Of a stretch of DNA of 41,960 nt, positions 1 through 8,641 are shown one piece after another. A program made the translations under genes and the position numbers. Positions within the stretch are counted from its first letter, which is position 1, and every line of letters starts with the position of its first letter. The notes below the pieces were generated by a model. It saw only the letters and a program-made list of their open reading frames with translations. It did not search any database and had not been told where the DNA came from. The stretch comes from Candidatus Woesearchaeota archaeon (GTDB taxonomy: Archaea; Nanobdellota; Nanobdellia; Woesearchaeales; UBA583): the NCBI GenBank assembly GCA_041631255.1, contig JBFKKL010000002.1, positions 1 through 41,960 on the forward strand. The letters run 5' to 3'.

Positions 1-2
1 TA

Positions 3-239
3 ACAGGTAGATTTTTCAATGGTACAATGGACGAATTAATTATTTATTCAAAAACACTAACTGATTCAGAAGTAAAAACACTATACAATTCACAAAAAGC
101 AAAGATGTATGAACAACTCTTAGGCGAAGGAGTTAAAGAAATTGACATATCTAATTGCAACTTGAAAAATAATAAAGAATATACAGTAGTTTTTTTTACT
201 GATAAAAAAACTGTTGAGCAGAAAATAATTAAGAAATAA
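3..239 (+). CDS. 3' end of a larger secreted protein with a LamG/concanavalin-A-like lectin domain tail (5' part lies outside the window)
   Basis: The frame is open from base 3. TGRFFNGTMDELIIYSKTLTDSEVKTLYNSQ matches the conserved terminal strand of LamG-type domains, so the ATG at 27 in the ORF track is probably internal. Stop TAA 237-239. Confidence 0.6.
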   Translation, partial: TGRFFNGTMDELIIYSKTLTDSEVKTLYNSQKAKMYEQLLGEGVKEIDISNCNLKNNKEYTVVFFTDKKTVEQKIIKK

Positions 240-296
240 CTCACTTCTTCAAAGTTACTCTATAATATTTAAAACCTCTTTCTCTTAAAGTCCTTA

Positions 297-1928
297 ATGA
301 GTGATATTAAAATAGCTTATTTTAGTGCAGAGATAGGTGTAGATGAAAAAATCAAAACTTATTCAGGTGGACTTGGAATTTTAGCAGGTGATACTATTAA
401 AGCTATGTCAGATTTGGAAGTTCCTGCTTGCGCTGTAACACTTTTATATAAACACGGATATTTTAAACAACAAATTGATGAAAAAGGAGATCAAGTAGAA
501 CTTGAAGATGATTGGGATTATGGGTCAATATTAAAAGATACAAAAAAAAAAGTTAAAGTAAATATTTTAGGTGAAGATATTCATATAAAAATTTGGCAAT
601 ATTCACAAAGGGGAGTAAACGGTTTTTCAGTTCCAATTTATTATTTAGATACTGCGCTCGATGAGAACCCGTTATGGTCACATAAATTAACAGATTCTCT
701 TTACATAGGAGATAGGTTGGGCCAAGAAATTATTTTAGGAATAGGAGGTTTAAGAGCACTTGAGGCTTTAGGTCACAATAATATTAAAAAATATCATATG
801 AATGAAGGGCACAGTGCACTTTTAACATTGGAATTATATAAGTTGCTTGGAGATAAAAATCAAAAATGGGATGATGGCTCAGTAAAAGAAATGTGTGTTT
901 TCACAACTCATACTCCAATTCCTGCAGGGCATGACAAATTCACTTACGAAGAATTTTATGATAAATTAAAAGGAGAAATAAATCTTATTCCTTGGCACAT
1001 AAAAAAATTGGCAGGGCAAAATGAACTTAATATGACAAAGCTTGCTTTAAGTTTAAGTGGTTATTCAAATGCTGTATCAAAAAAACATGGAGAAGTAACA
1101 CGTGAAATTTTTCCTGATTACACAATTGATTCTATAACAAATGGAATTCATGCACCAACTTGGGTATCTCCACATTTAGCTAAAGTTTATGATTCCTATA
1201 TTAAAGGTTGGAGGGAAGATAGTATGAAACTAAAAGGTATTTTCAAGATTCCAAACAGTGAGATTTTCAAAGCGCATAAAGCATCAAAAGATGAATTGAT
1301 AGATTATGTAAATAATAATAATTCTACTGGAGCAAAACTGAATAAAGATGTTTTAACGATAGGTTTTGCAAGAAGATTTGTTGAGTATAAAGATGCCGAA
1401 CTAATATTCTCAAATATTAGAAATTTAAAACGATTAGGTGATAGAATTCAATTTATTTTTTCAGGTAAAGCCCATAAAAAAGATGGAGTTGGAAAATCAA
1501 TTATTCGAAGAGTAATAGAACATGCTAAAGAACTTAGTGAAGATATACAAATAACTTTTATTGAAGATTACAGAATTGAAATAGCCAAAAAACTAGTTTC
1601 AGGGTGTGATATGTGGCTTAATACCCCAATTCCATTCAATGAAGCTTCAGGAACTTCTGGAATGAAAGCTGCAGTTAACGGTTGTCTTCATTTTTCAAGA
1701 CTTGATGGTTGGGCAATTGAGAGTTTTCAAATGAATGGAGGAGGTTATCCAATTTCAGAATATCATGATTTTATAACAAACCTTGAGTATAAGATTCTTC
1801 CAAAATTTTATAGTTCAAATAAAGAATCTTGGATTAATGAAATGAAATTAGCAATAGGAAATTCTGGAAGTTATTTCAACACTCATCGTATGGTTACTGA
1901 GTATAAAGAAAGAGCATATAAGATTTAA
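297..1928 (+). CDS. glgP: alpha-glucan (glycogen/maltodextrin) phosphorylase, GT35 family, short form
   Basis: 543-aa ORF. The N-terminus AYFSAEIG...YSGGLGILAGD and the pyridoxal-phosphate lysine motif EASGTSGMKAAVNG are typical of alpha-glucan phosphorylases. Confidence 0.9.
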   Translation: MSDIKIAYFSAEIGVDEKIKTYSGGLGILAGDTIKAMSDLEVPACAVTLLYKHGYFKQQIDEKGDQVELEDDWDYGSILKDTKKKVKVNILGEDIHIKIWQYSQRGVNGFSVPIYYLDTALDENPLWSHKLTDSLYIGDRLGQEIILGIGGLRALEALGHNNIKKYHMNEGHSALLTLELYKLLGDKNQKWDDGSVKEMCVFTTHTPIPAGHDKFTYEEFYDKLKGEINLIPWHIKKLAGQNELNMTKLALSLSGYSNAVSKKHGEVTREIFPDYTIDSITNGIHAPTWVSPHLAKVYDSYIKGWREDSMKLKGIFKIPNSEIFKAHKASKDELIDYVNNNNSTGAKLNKDVLTIGFARRFVEYKDAELIFSNIRNLKRLGDRIQFIFSGKAHKKDGVGKSIIRRVIEHAKELSEDIQITFIEDYRIEIAKKLVSGCDMWLNTPIPFNEASGTSGMKAAVNGCLHFSRLDGWAIESFQMNGGGYPISEYHDFITNLEYKILPKFYSSNKESWINEMKLAIGNSGSYFNTHRMVTEYKERAYKI

Positions 1929-1930
1929 TT

Positions 1931-3166
1931 TTATTTTCTAACAAACTCAACTTCTAAAACTTTTTTCTTATTACGTCTTAAAATTCTAAAAGTTCCTTCA
2001 TCAATTCTAAGTCTAAAATTAACTTTAGGTATTCTTCCAAGTTCACTAATTAAATATCCATTCAAAGTAGAGTAATCTCCTGTTTTGCCGTTCAAATTTA
2101 AATTTAGTTCTTTATCAATTTCAACAAGTTCAACAGAAGCATCAATTAGAAATTTATCTTCTCCAACTTTTGTAATTTTTTCTTGTTCTTCTTCATCAAA
2201 CTCGTCTTCAATTTCACCAACAATCTCTTCTATAATATCTTCAAGTGTAACAATTCCAACAAAGTCTCCGTGTTCATTAACAAGAATTGCCATATGTGTT
2301 TTTGCTGATTTCAAATGTTTTTCAAGTGTTGAAAGCTTCATAGTTTCAGGCGCATAAAAAATAGGCCTAATCTCATCTGAAAGTCTAAATAGTTTTTCTT
2401 TTCCGTAATATTTGAATAAATCTTTAACATTCAAAAGTCCAATAATCTCTCCATTTTTTTCAACAGGGAACCTTGTAAATCCAGTTTTATCAATTTCTTC
2501 AAGAATGTGGTCAAATGAAGATTTAATATTAATAACACTAACATCACTTTTAGGGACCATAATATCATAAGCTTCAATATCATCCATTTTGAAAACATTT
2601 TCAATAATCTCACTTTCATAATTATTAATTGACCCTTCTTGTTTTCCCATCGCTGCAAGTTCTCTAATTTCTCCTTCTGAAACTTGTTTTTCAGGGTCTC
2701 CCCTAATAAAAAAAGAACTTAACTTATGAAGTAAATAAATAATTGGGGTTAAGAGTAAAGTCAAATAATAAAGAGGTTTTGCAATAAAAAGAGAAATCCC
2801 TTCAGAATGTCTTTCACCATAAATTTTAGGAATAATTTCTGAAAATAAAATTATTAAAAATGTTAAAACTCCCGAAACAACACCCAAATAAATTTCACCA
2901 AAAATCTCTGTTGCATAAACCCCAACAAATATACTTCCAACAATATTAATTACATTATTTAAAACAACAATTGTCGTAATATATTTTTGCATATTCTCTT
3001 TAATTATCAAAAGAAGGTTCTCTTTAGCTCTTAGTGGAAGTTCACTTGAAGATATTTCTTTAATTCTAGCATAAGATATTGACAAAAGCGCAGCTTCAGA
3101 ACTAGAAACAATTGCACTACATACTAAAATTGCAAGTATTAAAAATATGAAAAATATTAATTCCAC
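1931..3166 (-). CDS. CNNM/CorC-HlyC family membrane protein (DUF21 + CBS pair + CorC_HlyC), putative divalent-cation transporter
   Basis: The N-terminal third has multiple hydrophobic helices, followed by a CBS-pair-like region (DIMVPKSDV...GLLNVKDL...VGIVTLEDIIEEIVGEIEDE). The C-terminal part is a transporter-associated domain (LNGYLISELGRIPK...). Confidence 0.85.
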   Translation of the reverse strand: MELIFFIFLILAILVCSAIVSSSEAALLSISYARIKEISSSELPLRAKENLLLIIKENMQKYITTIVVLNNVINIVGSIFVGVYATEIFGEIYLGVVSGVLTFLIILFSEIIPKIYGERHSEGISLFIAKPLYYLTLLLTPIIYLLHKLSSFFIRGDPEKQVSEGEIRELAAMGKQEGSINNYESEIIENVFKMDDIEAYDIMVPKSDVSVINIKSSFDHILEEIDKTGFTRFPVEKNGEIIGLLNVKDLFKYYGKEKLFRLSDEIRPIFYAPETMKLSTLEKHLKSAKTHMAILVNEHGDFVGIVTLEDIIEEIVGEIEDEFDEEEQEKITKVGEDKFLIDASVELVEIDKELNLNLNGKTGDYSTLNGYLISELGRIPKVNFRLRIDEGTFRILRRNKKKVLEVEFVRK

Positions 3167-3254
3167 TTTAGTCGGATTTCACCTAAATAATAAAATAAAG
3201 AACAAAAAGTGATTTTTAAACGTTCGTCTTTCTTTAAAAATGCAAAAAGTAACA

Positions 3255-3262
3255 TTTAAAAA
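3255..3262 (+). promoter_or_regulatory. TATA-box-like element for psmA
   Basis: TTTAAAAA is centred about 26 nt upstream of the ATG at 3285. The spacing fits an archaeal TATA box driving a leaderless mRNA. Confidence 0.45.
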
Positions 3263-3284
3263 CATCTTCTAATTAAGAAAATTT

Positions 3285-3998
3285 ATGGTAGATACTATAA
3301 AACAACATCAAGAGATGGGTTACGATAGATCCGTTGGTATGTTTTCACCAGATGGTCTAATTTTACAAGTAGAATATGCTGAAAAAGCAGTTAGATTAGG
3401 TCCAAGTGTTTTAGCTTTGACAACTAAAGAAGGAGTTGTATTTATTGGAGATAGAAAAGTTAAATCAAAACTTCTTGTAAAAGATTCATTCAAAAAAGTG
3501 TTTGAAATTGACGATCACATTGCGGTAACTGGTTCAGGTGCTATGAGCGATGGAAGACGTTTAATTGAACAAGCTCAAGTTACAGCTCAAGAGCACGGAG
3601 TTAAATTTCAATCACCTATTGATGTTTTAACTTTAGTTAAAGAAATTGCAAATATTCAGCAATACTACTCACAAGCAGGAGGATTAAGGCCTTTTGGTGT
3701 CAGTCTTCTAATTGGAGGAATTGAAGGAGAAAAACCTGTTTTATACCAAACAACACCTTCGGGAATGTATATGAGATTTCTTGCATGGTCAGTTGGATCA
3801 TTAAGTGATAAAATTAATGAAAAACTTGACAAAGAATACAAAGAAGATATGACAAATGATGTTGCAGCTAAATTAGGTCTTAAGTTGTTCAAAGAAGTTC
3901 TAGCTGAAGAATACGATTCAGAAAGGTTTGATGTTGCTTACTTAACTAAGAATGGTTTTATGAGATTAAAAACTTCAGATATCAAAAAATTAGGATAA
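3285..3998 (+). CDS. psmA: proteasome subunit alpha
   Basis: YDRSVGMFSPDGLILQVEYAEKAV is the alpha-subunit N-terminal signature. The 237-aa length also fits. Confidence 0.93.
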   Translation: MVDTIKQHQEMGYDRSVGMFSPDGLILQVEYAEKAVRLGPSVLALTTKEGVVFIGDRKVKSKLLVKDSFKKVFEIDDHIAVTGSGAMSDGRRLIEQAQVTAQEHGVKFQSPIDVLTLVKEIANIQQYYSQAGGLRPFGVSLLIGGIEGEKPVLYQTTPSGMYMRFLAWSVGSLSDKINEKLDKEYKEDMTNDVAAKLGLKLFKEVLAEEYDSERFDVAYLTKNGFMRLKTSDIKKLG

Positions 3999-4000
3999 AT

Positions 4001-4930
4001 TTATTCTCCTAAAACTAATTTTTTCATCTCGCAAGTATTACACACTTTTCTTTGAGAAGGCTCACCACATTCTGTGCAATAAGAAACTCCTTTTCCAAAA
4101 TCTTCTTTATATTTTTCTTTTAAAGAATCTTGAATTTCAAGATAAAAACTAACAACTGAATTCTTAACTCCTTTATGTTTATCTTCCAGATCATTAAGCA
4201 TTTCACCTAAATTTTGTCTAAACGCACCTTTGGCATAAGGACATTCATCAAAGCCTGTATCAAATCCCTTTAAGATTGTATATAGTTTAACTTCCTTTTC
4301 GGAGCATAAATATAATGGTTTAACTCTTGGTACAAACATATCGTCACCAATAACACCATTAAAAGGCCCTTGACGCGCCAAAATTTTGAAATTATTCTTG
4401 AATATGTTCAATAAGACACTTTGAGCTTCATCGTCTAAATTATGGCCTGTGACAACCTTTGTTGCTCCTAAATCTCTTGCTGTTTTATTCAAAGAAGTTC
4501 TTCTATATGTCCCACAAATGTTGCAAGGAGAAATATTAGTTCCTTTTTCTCTTAGTTTCTTAACATTTTCATCCTGTGTTGATCCAAATAACTCTTTGTA
4601 AGACTTAATATGCAATTCAATTTTATATTTTTCACAAAAATCTTTTAGAAAATCAAGTGTCTTATCTCTATAATTAGCTATTCCTTCATCAATTGCTAGA
4701 GCAAACAAATTATCTTGTAAACCTTTTTTCTTTAAGTATTTTTGAGTTAAATAAAGTACAGTAATTGAATCTTTCCCTCCTGATACTGCAACACAAAATT
4801 TATCTTCAAAATTAAATAAATCAAATTTTCTAATAGTTTTGAAAACTTTATCCTCAAAATACTTAATAAACTCTAGTTTATTCAAAAGCTTTCCATTTTG
4901 TAATCTATAAACAGGTTTCAAATCTGCCAT
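4001..4930 (-). CDS. tRNA 2-thiolation PP-loop ATPase (TtuA/NcsA/Ncs6 family)
   Basis: It has the PP-loop SGGKDS, the internal PCNICGTYRR cysteine motif, and a C-terminal zinc-ribbon CTECG...VCNTCE. Confidence 0.85.
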   Translation of the reverse strand: MADLKPVYRLQNGKLLNKLEFIKYFEDKVFKTIRKFDLFNFEDKFCVAVSGGKDSITVLYLTQKYLKKKGLQDNLFALAIDEGIANYRDKTLDFLKDFCEKYKIELHIKSYKELFGSTQDENVKKLREKGTNISPCNICGTYRRTSLNKTARDLGATKVVTGHNLDDEAQSVLLNIFKNNFKILARQGPFNGVIGDDMFVPRVKPLYLCSEKEVKLYTILKGFDTGFDECPYAKGAFRQNLGEMLNDLEDKHKGVKNSVVSFYLEIQDSLKEKYKEDFGKGVSYCTECGEPSQRKVCNTCEMKKLVLGE

Positions 4931-4975
4931 TTATAAAAAAAAGAATAAAATGAGTTTTAAAAAGTTTAACAATCT

Positions 4976-6451
4976 TTAAGGACACATTTGTGTAGGCCCT
5001 ACACAAATTCCAGGTTCACAAAATCTTTTTCCACTGGGAACATTACATTCTCTAGCGCCTATAGGTTTTGCGCCACTACAATAAGACCCACTTACTGTTG
5101 CACCATCACTTCTCTGGCACCATACACTTCTAGATTGATATCCACATGTAGAGGGTGAACAGGCACTCCAACTTCCAGTTTGCCACGAATAAGTACAGGA
5201 AGAATATAAACTACAACTTTGAGAAGTTGCAGGTTTTGCACCACTACAATAAGAGTCACTTACTGTTGCACCATCACTTCTCTGGCACCATACACTTCTA
5301 GTTTGAGTTCCAGTTCCACAAGAAGTACTACAAGCACCCCAGGAAGCAGTATTCCAAGAATAAGTATATTCTACAGGAGCAGGTCCTTTATTATCAACTA
5401 CTGCTGAGCAACTTGCAGTATTTCCTCCATCAGCTCCAATACATTGCCAATTCCAAGTTCCGTCAGCGCCATTAGTATCTGTAGGGTTGTGGGACCCGCT
5501 ACTACAGTGTCCACTTGAAGGATAACTTGAATAGAGGTTTCCGCTTGCAGAACCACAGACTCCATTTACAGGTGTTGAACAACTTCCACAATAAATTGTA
5601 CTACCACAATTATTAGTTTGATAGCCACATTTCCCACTACAAGTAGTTGAAGTTGGTTCAGCACTACAAGAAGAACAAGAACCACCACTACAACCATATT
5701 GACAATATTGTGATGAAGTTGTAGTTGAACTACATCCTCCTGAAGAACATGAATAGTCTCTATATACTCTATAATTTCCACTACAGGTCCAACCATCATT
5801 AACATCACAGTCATAGTAATTTGATGTTGAACCAACAGCACAAGAACTACCTGAACAAGTATAATCTGCATATGCTCTTACATTTCCAGAAAGACAAACC
5901 CATCCATTATTATTATTACAATTTTGCGTAGAAATCACATTGTAAGAGCAAGCTCCAGATCTAGATTCAGTAATATCACAAAAATAGTCTCTATTTTCTA
6001 ATATTTCGCCAGAGCAATAATTTCCATCATTGGCACAAGCTGCTTGCCCTCCTTCTACTGCAGCTTTTCCTTTTAAGTATATTGTTGAACCTGAAAATTG
6101 GGCCACACTATTTCCTTGAGTAGTTTGGATGATGATCCCTTCTGAAGAAATTGAAGATATATCTTCTTGAATTTGGGAGTATTTTGAGGTTTGAGAATTA
6201 AAATGGAAATTCTCTCCAAGCTCGAGTGAAGGGTTACTTTCTTTATTGTCTAAAGTATGGTCTTCTCCTAAAGCATAGAGATCACCATCTTTATCAATTA
6301 ATAGTAAAGTGTTATTTGAAGAGTCTTTGGCCTCAAACCAAGGTTCGTCAAAAGAAATGGAACATACATTAAATGATGCAGAGTAAGAACTATAAGTAAG
6401 ACTGAGAAACAAAATTAAACCTAAGAAAATTTTATTATTTATAACATTCAT
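4976..6451 (-). CDS. secreted cysteine-rich mosaic protein ending in two thrombospondin type-1-like repeats
   Basis: N-terminal signal peptide MNVINNKIFLGLILFLSLTYSSYS. It has Cys-rich repeats of the form GW-C-x-G-x2-R-x-Y-x-DY-x-CS and an NGVCGSA...WNWQCIG..GGNTASCSA module. Two C-terminal units match W-x4-W-x2-CS-x2-CG-x-G-x3-RSVWC...C-x-x-AKP. Confidence 0.8.
   Translation of the reverse strand: MNVINNKIFLGLILFLSLTYSSYSASFNVCSISFDEPWFEAKDSSNNTLLLIDKDGDLYALGEDHTLDNKESNPSLELGENFHFNSQTSKYSQIQEDISSISSEGIIIQTTQGNSVAQFSGSTIYLKGKAAVEGGQAACANDGNYCSGEILENRDYFCDITESRSGACSYNVISTQNCNNNNGWVCLSGNVRAYADYTCSGSSCAVGSTSNYYDCDVNDGWTCSGNYRVYRDYSCSSGGCSSTTTSSQYCQYGCSGGSCSSCSAEPTSTTCSGKCGYQTNNCGSTIYCGSCSTPVNGVCGSASGNLYSSYPSSGHCSSGSHNPTDTNGADGTWNWQCIGADGGNTASCSAVVDNKGPAPVEYTYSWNTASWGACSTSCGTGTQTRSVWCQRSDGATVSDSYCSGAKPATSQSCSLYSSCTYSWQTGSWSACSPSTCGYQSRSVWCQRSDGATVSGSYCSGAKPIGARECNVPSGKRFCEPGICVGPTQMCP
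5063..5306 (-). repeat. tandem intragenic duplication: two 76-nt near-identical segments (5063-5138 and 5231-5306), period 168 nt (56 codons)
   Basis: Hand alignment gives 72 of 76 identical bases. The flanking parts of the two repeat units are much more diverged. Confidence 0.8.
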
Positions 6452-6872
6452 TTCTTAATTCCTCCTTTGTTACATTTTCACAATAACTTTTGTCTCCCGT
6501 ATTTAAAACTTTTACCAAATAAAAGTTATTTATACACCTATCAAAAGATTCTCTAATCTCAAGTTCGTCACATTTTGAAACATTGTCTTCTTGGACTGCT
6601 AAAGTAGAAACTCTAAGTGTGTGTACTTCCTCAAAACAAGAATACTTCAAATCTTCATTCTGAATTTCCGAACAATCTTTTTCATCATAATATTGTTTTG
6701 TTGGATTAATTGCTTTTTCATATATACATTCGTCACCTTCACAAGTCTCATTAACTTTTATAATATTATCTTTTTTAATCATAATTTGAAAAAGAATAAT
6801 ACTCCCAATAAGAACTAATGTTAATAAGACAATTAGAATTTTATTTTGAGAAGATGTTTTTTTTATATCCAT
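6435..6872 (-). CDS. membrane-anchored hypothetical protein with Cys-x(~11-13)-Cys repeat motifs
   Basis: N-terminal anchor KILIVLLTLVLIGSIILFQIMI, then repeated units such as KDCSEIQNEDLKYSCF, SKCDELEIRESFDRCI and KSYCENVTKEELRNECY. It overlaps the next gene's start by 17 nt. Confidence 0.65.
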   Translation of the reverse strand: MDIKKTSSQNKILIVLLTLVLIGSIILFQIMIKKDNIIKVNETCEGDECIYEKAINPTKQYYDEKDCSEIQNEDLKYSCFEEVHTLRVSTLAVQEDNVSKCDELEIRESFDRCINNFYLVKVLNTGDKSYCENVTKEELRNECYK

Positions 6873-6883
6873 AATCCTTAATT

Positions 6884-7438
6884 TTAGCCAATAATGATTA
6901 CAACATTCCCTCCTGATTTTGAACGGATGGTGTCAGCTTCAATACCTGCGGCAAGTATATTTCCAGAAGTTTCAATGTCTCCACCTTCCACATGAAGTTT
7001 GGAGTTTGGATTTCTTGTTCCAATACCTACAAATCCAGTATCTTTGGCTATAGTAAACCTATGGTTAGTTTGTTCATTACTCTCATTAAAACTTAATATT
7101 CCAAACTCATTAGATGTCCCATCAGAATAAATGTTCCAGTATTTTTGGTTATTGTGAACAAATTCTATTGTTCCTATTTCTGCAACTCCTCCATTAGAAG
7201 TCCCAATTATTATCTCAGGAGTATCTTCTTCATTATATATTTCAAGTCTAGCTTTTGGACTAGATGTCCCAATTCCGACATTAGATAAAAAAGAATAGTT
7301 TCCAAAAACATCATCAAGACCAAATATTCCAGGCAGAACATCTTCGGACTTAATCCAAATTCCGTTAGAATCTGCATAAACTAAGAGCATGCTTGAAAAA
7401 ATAAGTAGTATGGCAAAAAAAAGATTTCTTATTTTCAT
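6884..7438 (-). CDS. secreted hypothetical protein with tail-fibre-like GIGT-x-x-P-x-x-[KR]-L motifs
   Basis: Signal peptide MKIRNLFFAILLIFSSMLLVYA. The motif occurs twice: VGIGTSSPKARLEIY and VGIGTRNPNSKLHVEGG. Confidence 0.7.
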   Translation of the reverse strand: MKIRNLFFAILLIFSSMLLVYADSNGIWIKSEDVLPGIFGLDDVFGNYSFLSNVGIGTSSPKARLEIYNEEDTPEIIIGTSNGGVAEIGTIEFVHNNQKYWNIYSDGTSNEFGILSFNESNEQTNHRFTIAKDTGFVGIGTRNPNSKLHVEGGDIETSGNILAAGIEADTIRSKSGGNVVIIIG

Positions 7439-7479
7439 AAGAGTTTTTTAATGTTTCTACTTAATAACTTTAGTAACTA

Positions 7480-7692
7480 CTATTTGTAACAAGTATATTT
7501 TTTGTAATCAACATTCCCTGCCCTATATTCTGATTCAGGAATTGAACATAACTTATTATCGTATCTAACCCACTTATGTTTTTCTTCAGAAGGCTCACCC
7601 ATAATTAAGTTATCAAGTCTATCATACATTGAAGCACACCCAGTATTCATTGCAAGAGCAAGACACAATCCTGAAATTTTTAATTTAGACAT
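7480..7692 (-). CDS. small secreted or lipoprotein-like hypothetical protein
   Basis: MSKLKISGLCLALAMNTGCASMY resembles a signal peptide with a lipobox-like Cys. I prefer the ATG at 7692, because the longer ORF-track start at 7734 would overlap the end of tbp. Confidence 0.5.
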   Translation of the reverse strand: MSKLKISGLCLALAMNTGCASMYDRLDNLIMGEPSEEKHKWVRYDNKLCSIPESEYRAGNVDYKKYTCYK

Positions 7693-7711
7693 TTTAAAAA
7701 GAAATAAGTTT

Positions 7712-8269
7712 TTATTTGTATGACTTAACGTCATATTTCTTAAAGACTTCTAAAAGGTTCTTAATTGCAATATGAACATCTTTATCAGATTTAGTTCCAG
7801 TACATACAATCTTTCCGTTACCGAAAATTAAGAATGTAGCTCCTGTTTCATCATTGATTTTGAAAACAAGACCAGGGAACTGTTCAGGTTCATATTCCAC
7901 ATTAGTTAGTTTAATTGCAATTTCATTTAAATCTAATTTCATATTAATATCAGAACTTGCAACAACATTTTCAACTCTTACTTTTGGTTTAATCTTAATC
8001 TCGATGTCAACTTTTCTCATATAATCAATCAACCTTTCAAGAGCTAATTCGACTTCATCAAGAGATTTTGTTCCAGTACATACAACTTTACCTGATGAGA
8101 AAATCAAAAATGATGCCCTAGGTTCTCTTATTTTCATAATCAAACCTGGAAACTGCTCAGGATTATACTCAGTATTTGGTAAATCCATGATTAATCTTTC
8201 AAGAGGTATTTTATGTTCAAGTGACGTCGAAATCACAATGTTTACAATCTTTGTATTTGGGTTTTCCAT
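7712..8269 (-). CDS. tbp: TATA-box binding protein
   Basis: Two direct TBP repeats are present: IVNIVIST...EYNPEQFPGLIMKI...FSSGKVVCTGTKS and VENVVASS...EYEPEQFPGLVFKI...FGNGKIVCTGTKS. Confidence 0.95.
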   Translation of the reverse strand: MENPNTKIVNIVISTSLEHKIPLERLIMDLPNTEYNPEQFPGLIMKIREPRASFLIFSSGKVVCTGTKSLDEVELALERLIDYMRKVDIEIKIKPKVRVENVVASSDINMKLDLNEIAIKLTNVEYEPEQFPGLVFKINDETGATFLIFGNGKIVCTGTKSDKDVHIAIKNLLEVFKKYDVKSYK

Positions 8270-8283
8270 AGTTTTGTATCACC

Positions 8284-8556
8284 TCACAGTCTATCCATCT
8301 TAGTGATGGTAACTTCACCAACTTCAGTTAGTGCAGCTAGTTTTTCTTCCAAATCTTCACATCCACAAACTTCATCAATTTGAATTTCACAAGCAACAGC
8401 CTTAAGTCCAAATCCTACAGGTTCTTCATTAATACTTCTAACTTGAACTGATTCGTGGTAGTTTTCAACTGTGTCTTTAACAGCTGCTTCAAGAGCCTGA
8501 TACTCAACTTCTCCGTCCTCAGGCATTACTCTAAATGCTAAAATCATATTCGCCAT
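8284..8556 (-). CDS. translation elongation factor aEF-1 beta
   Basis: 90-aa protein. The N-terminus (M)ILAFRVMPEDGEV and overall length fit the archaeal EF-1beta family. Confidence 0.88.
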   Translation of the reverse strand: MANMILAFRVMPEDGEVEYQALEAAVKDTVENYHESVQVRSINEEPVGFGLKAVACEIQIDEVCGCEDLEEKLAALTEVGEVTITKMDRL

Positions 8557-8641
8557 TTTTAAATGATTTAAAAAAGATTTATAAAGGGTTATTTATAAAG
8601 CTAACGAAAGTACTCTTAAGTAGGATTTAATTAAATTTGAC

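Noticed and set aside
2085-2357. Antisense or alternative-frame ORFs in the track. Examples: 44-244, 2085-2357, 2431-2658, 3665-3892, 5219-5407, 5566-5871, 6621-6818, 9925-10107, 11007-11240, 11771-11953, 12557-12859, 13991-14233, 14194-14433, 14579-14782, 15173-15370 and 15755-16060. Also 17121-17414, 21694-21939, 25124-25312, 25281-25481, 29581-29775, 30409-30645, 31526-31720, 31754-31987, 33319-33528, 34738-35040, 37119-37325, 39257-39451, 40024-40227, 41112-41432 and 41649-41897.
   Set aside because: Each lies entirely inside or opposite a longer ORF with clear family motifs or better context. Their translations are low-complexity (Ser/Leu/Ile/Phe-rich), as expected from reading conserved genes in the wrong frame.
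8557-8641. A small C/D-box or H/ACA guide RNA in the short intergenic spacers (8557-8641, 3167-3284, 14475-14580, 40256-40353)
   Set aside because: No RUGAUGA/CUGA box pairs or ACA-terminated hairpins were found by eye. The spacers are adequately explained by the TATA-like promoter elements of the flanking genes.
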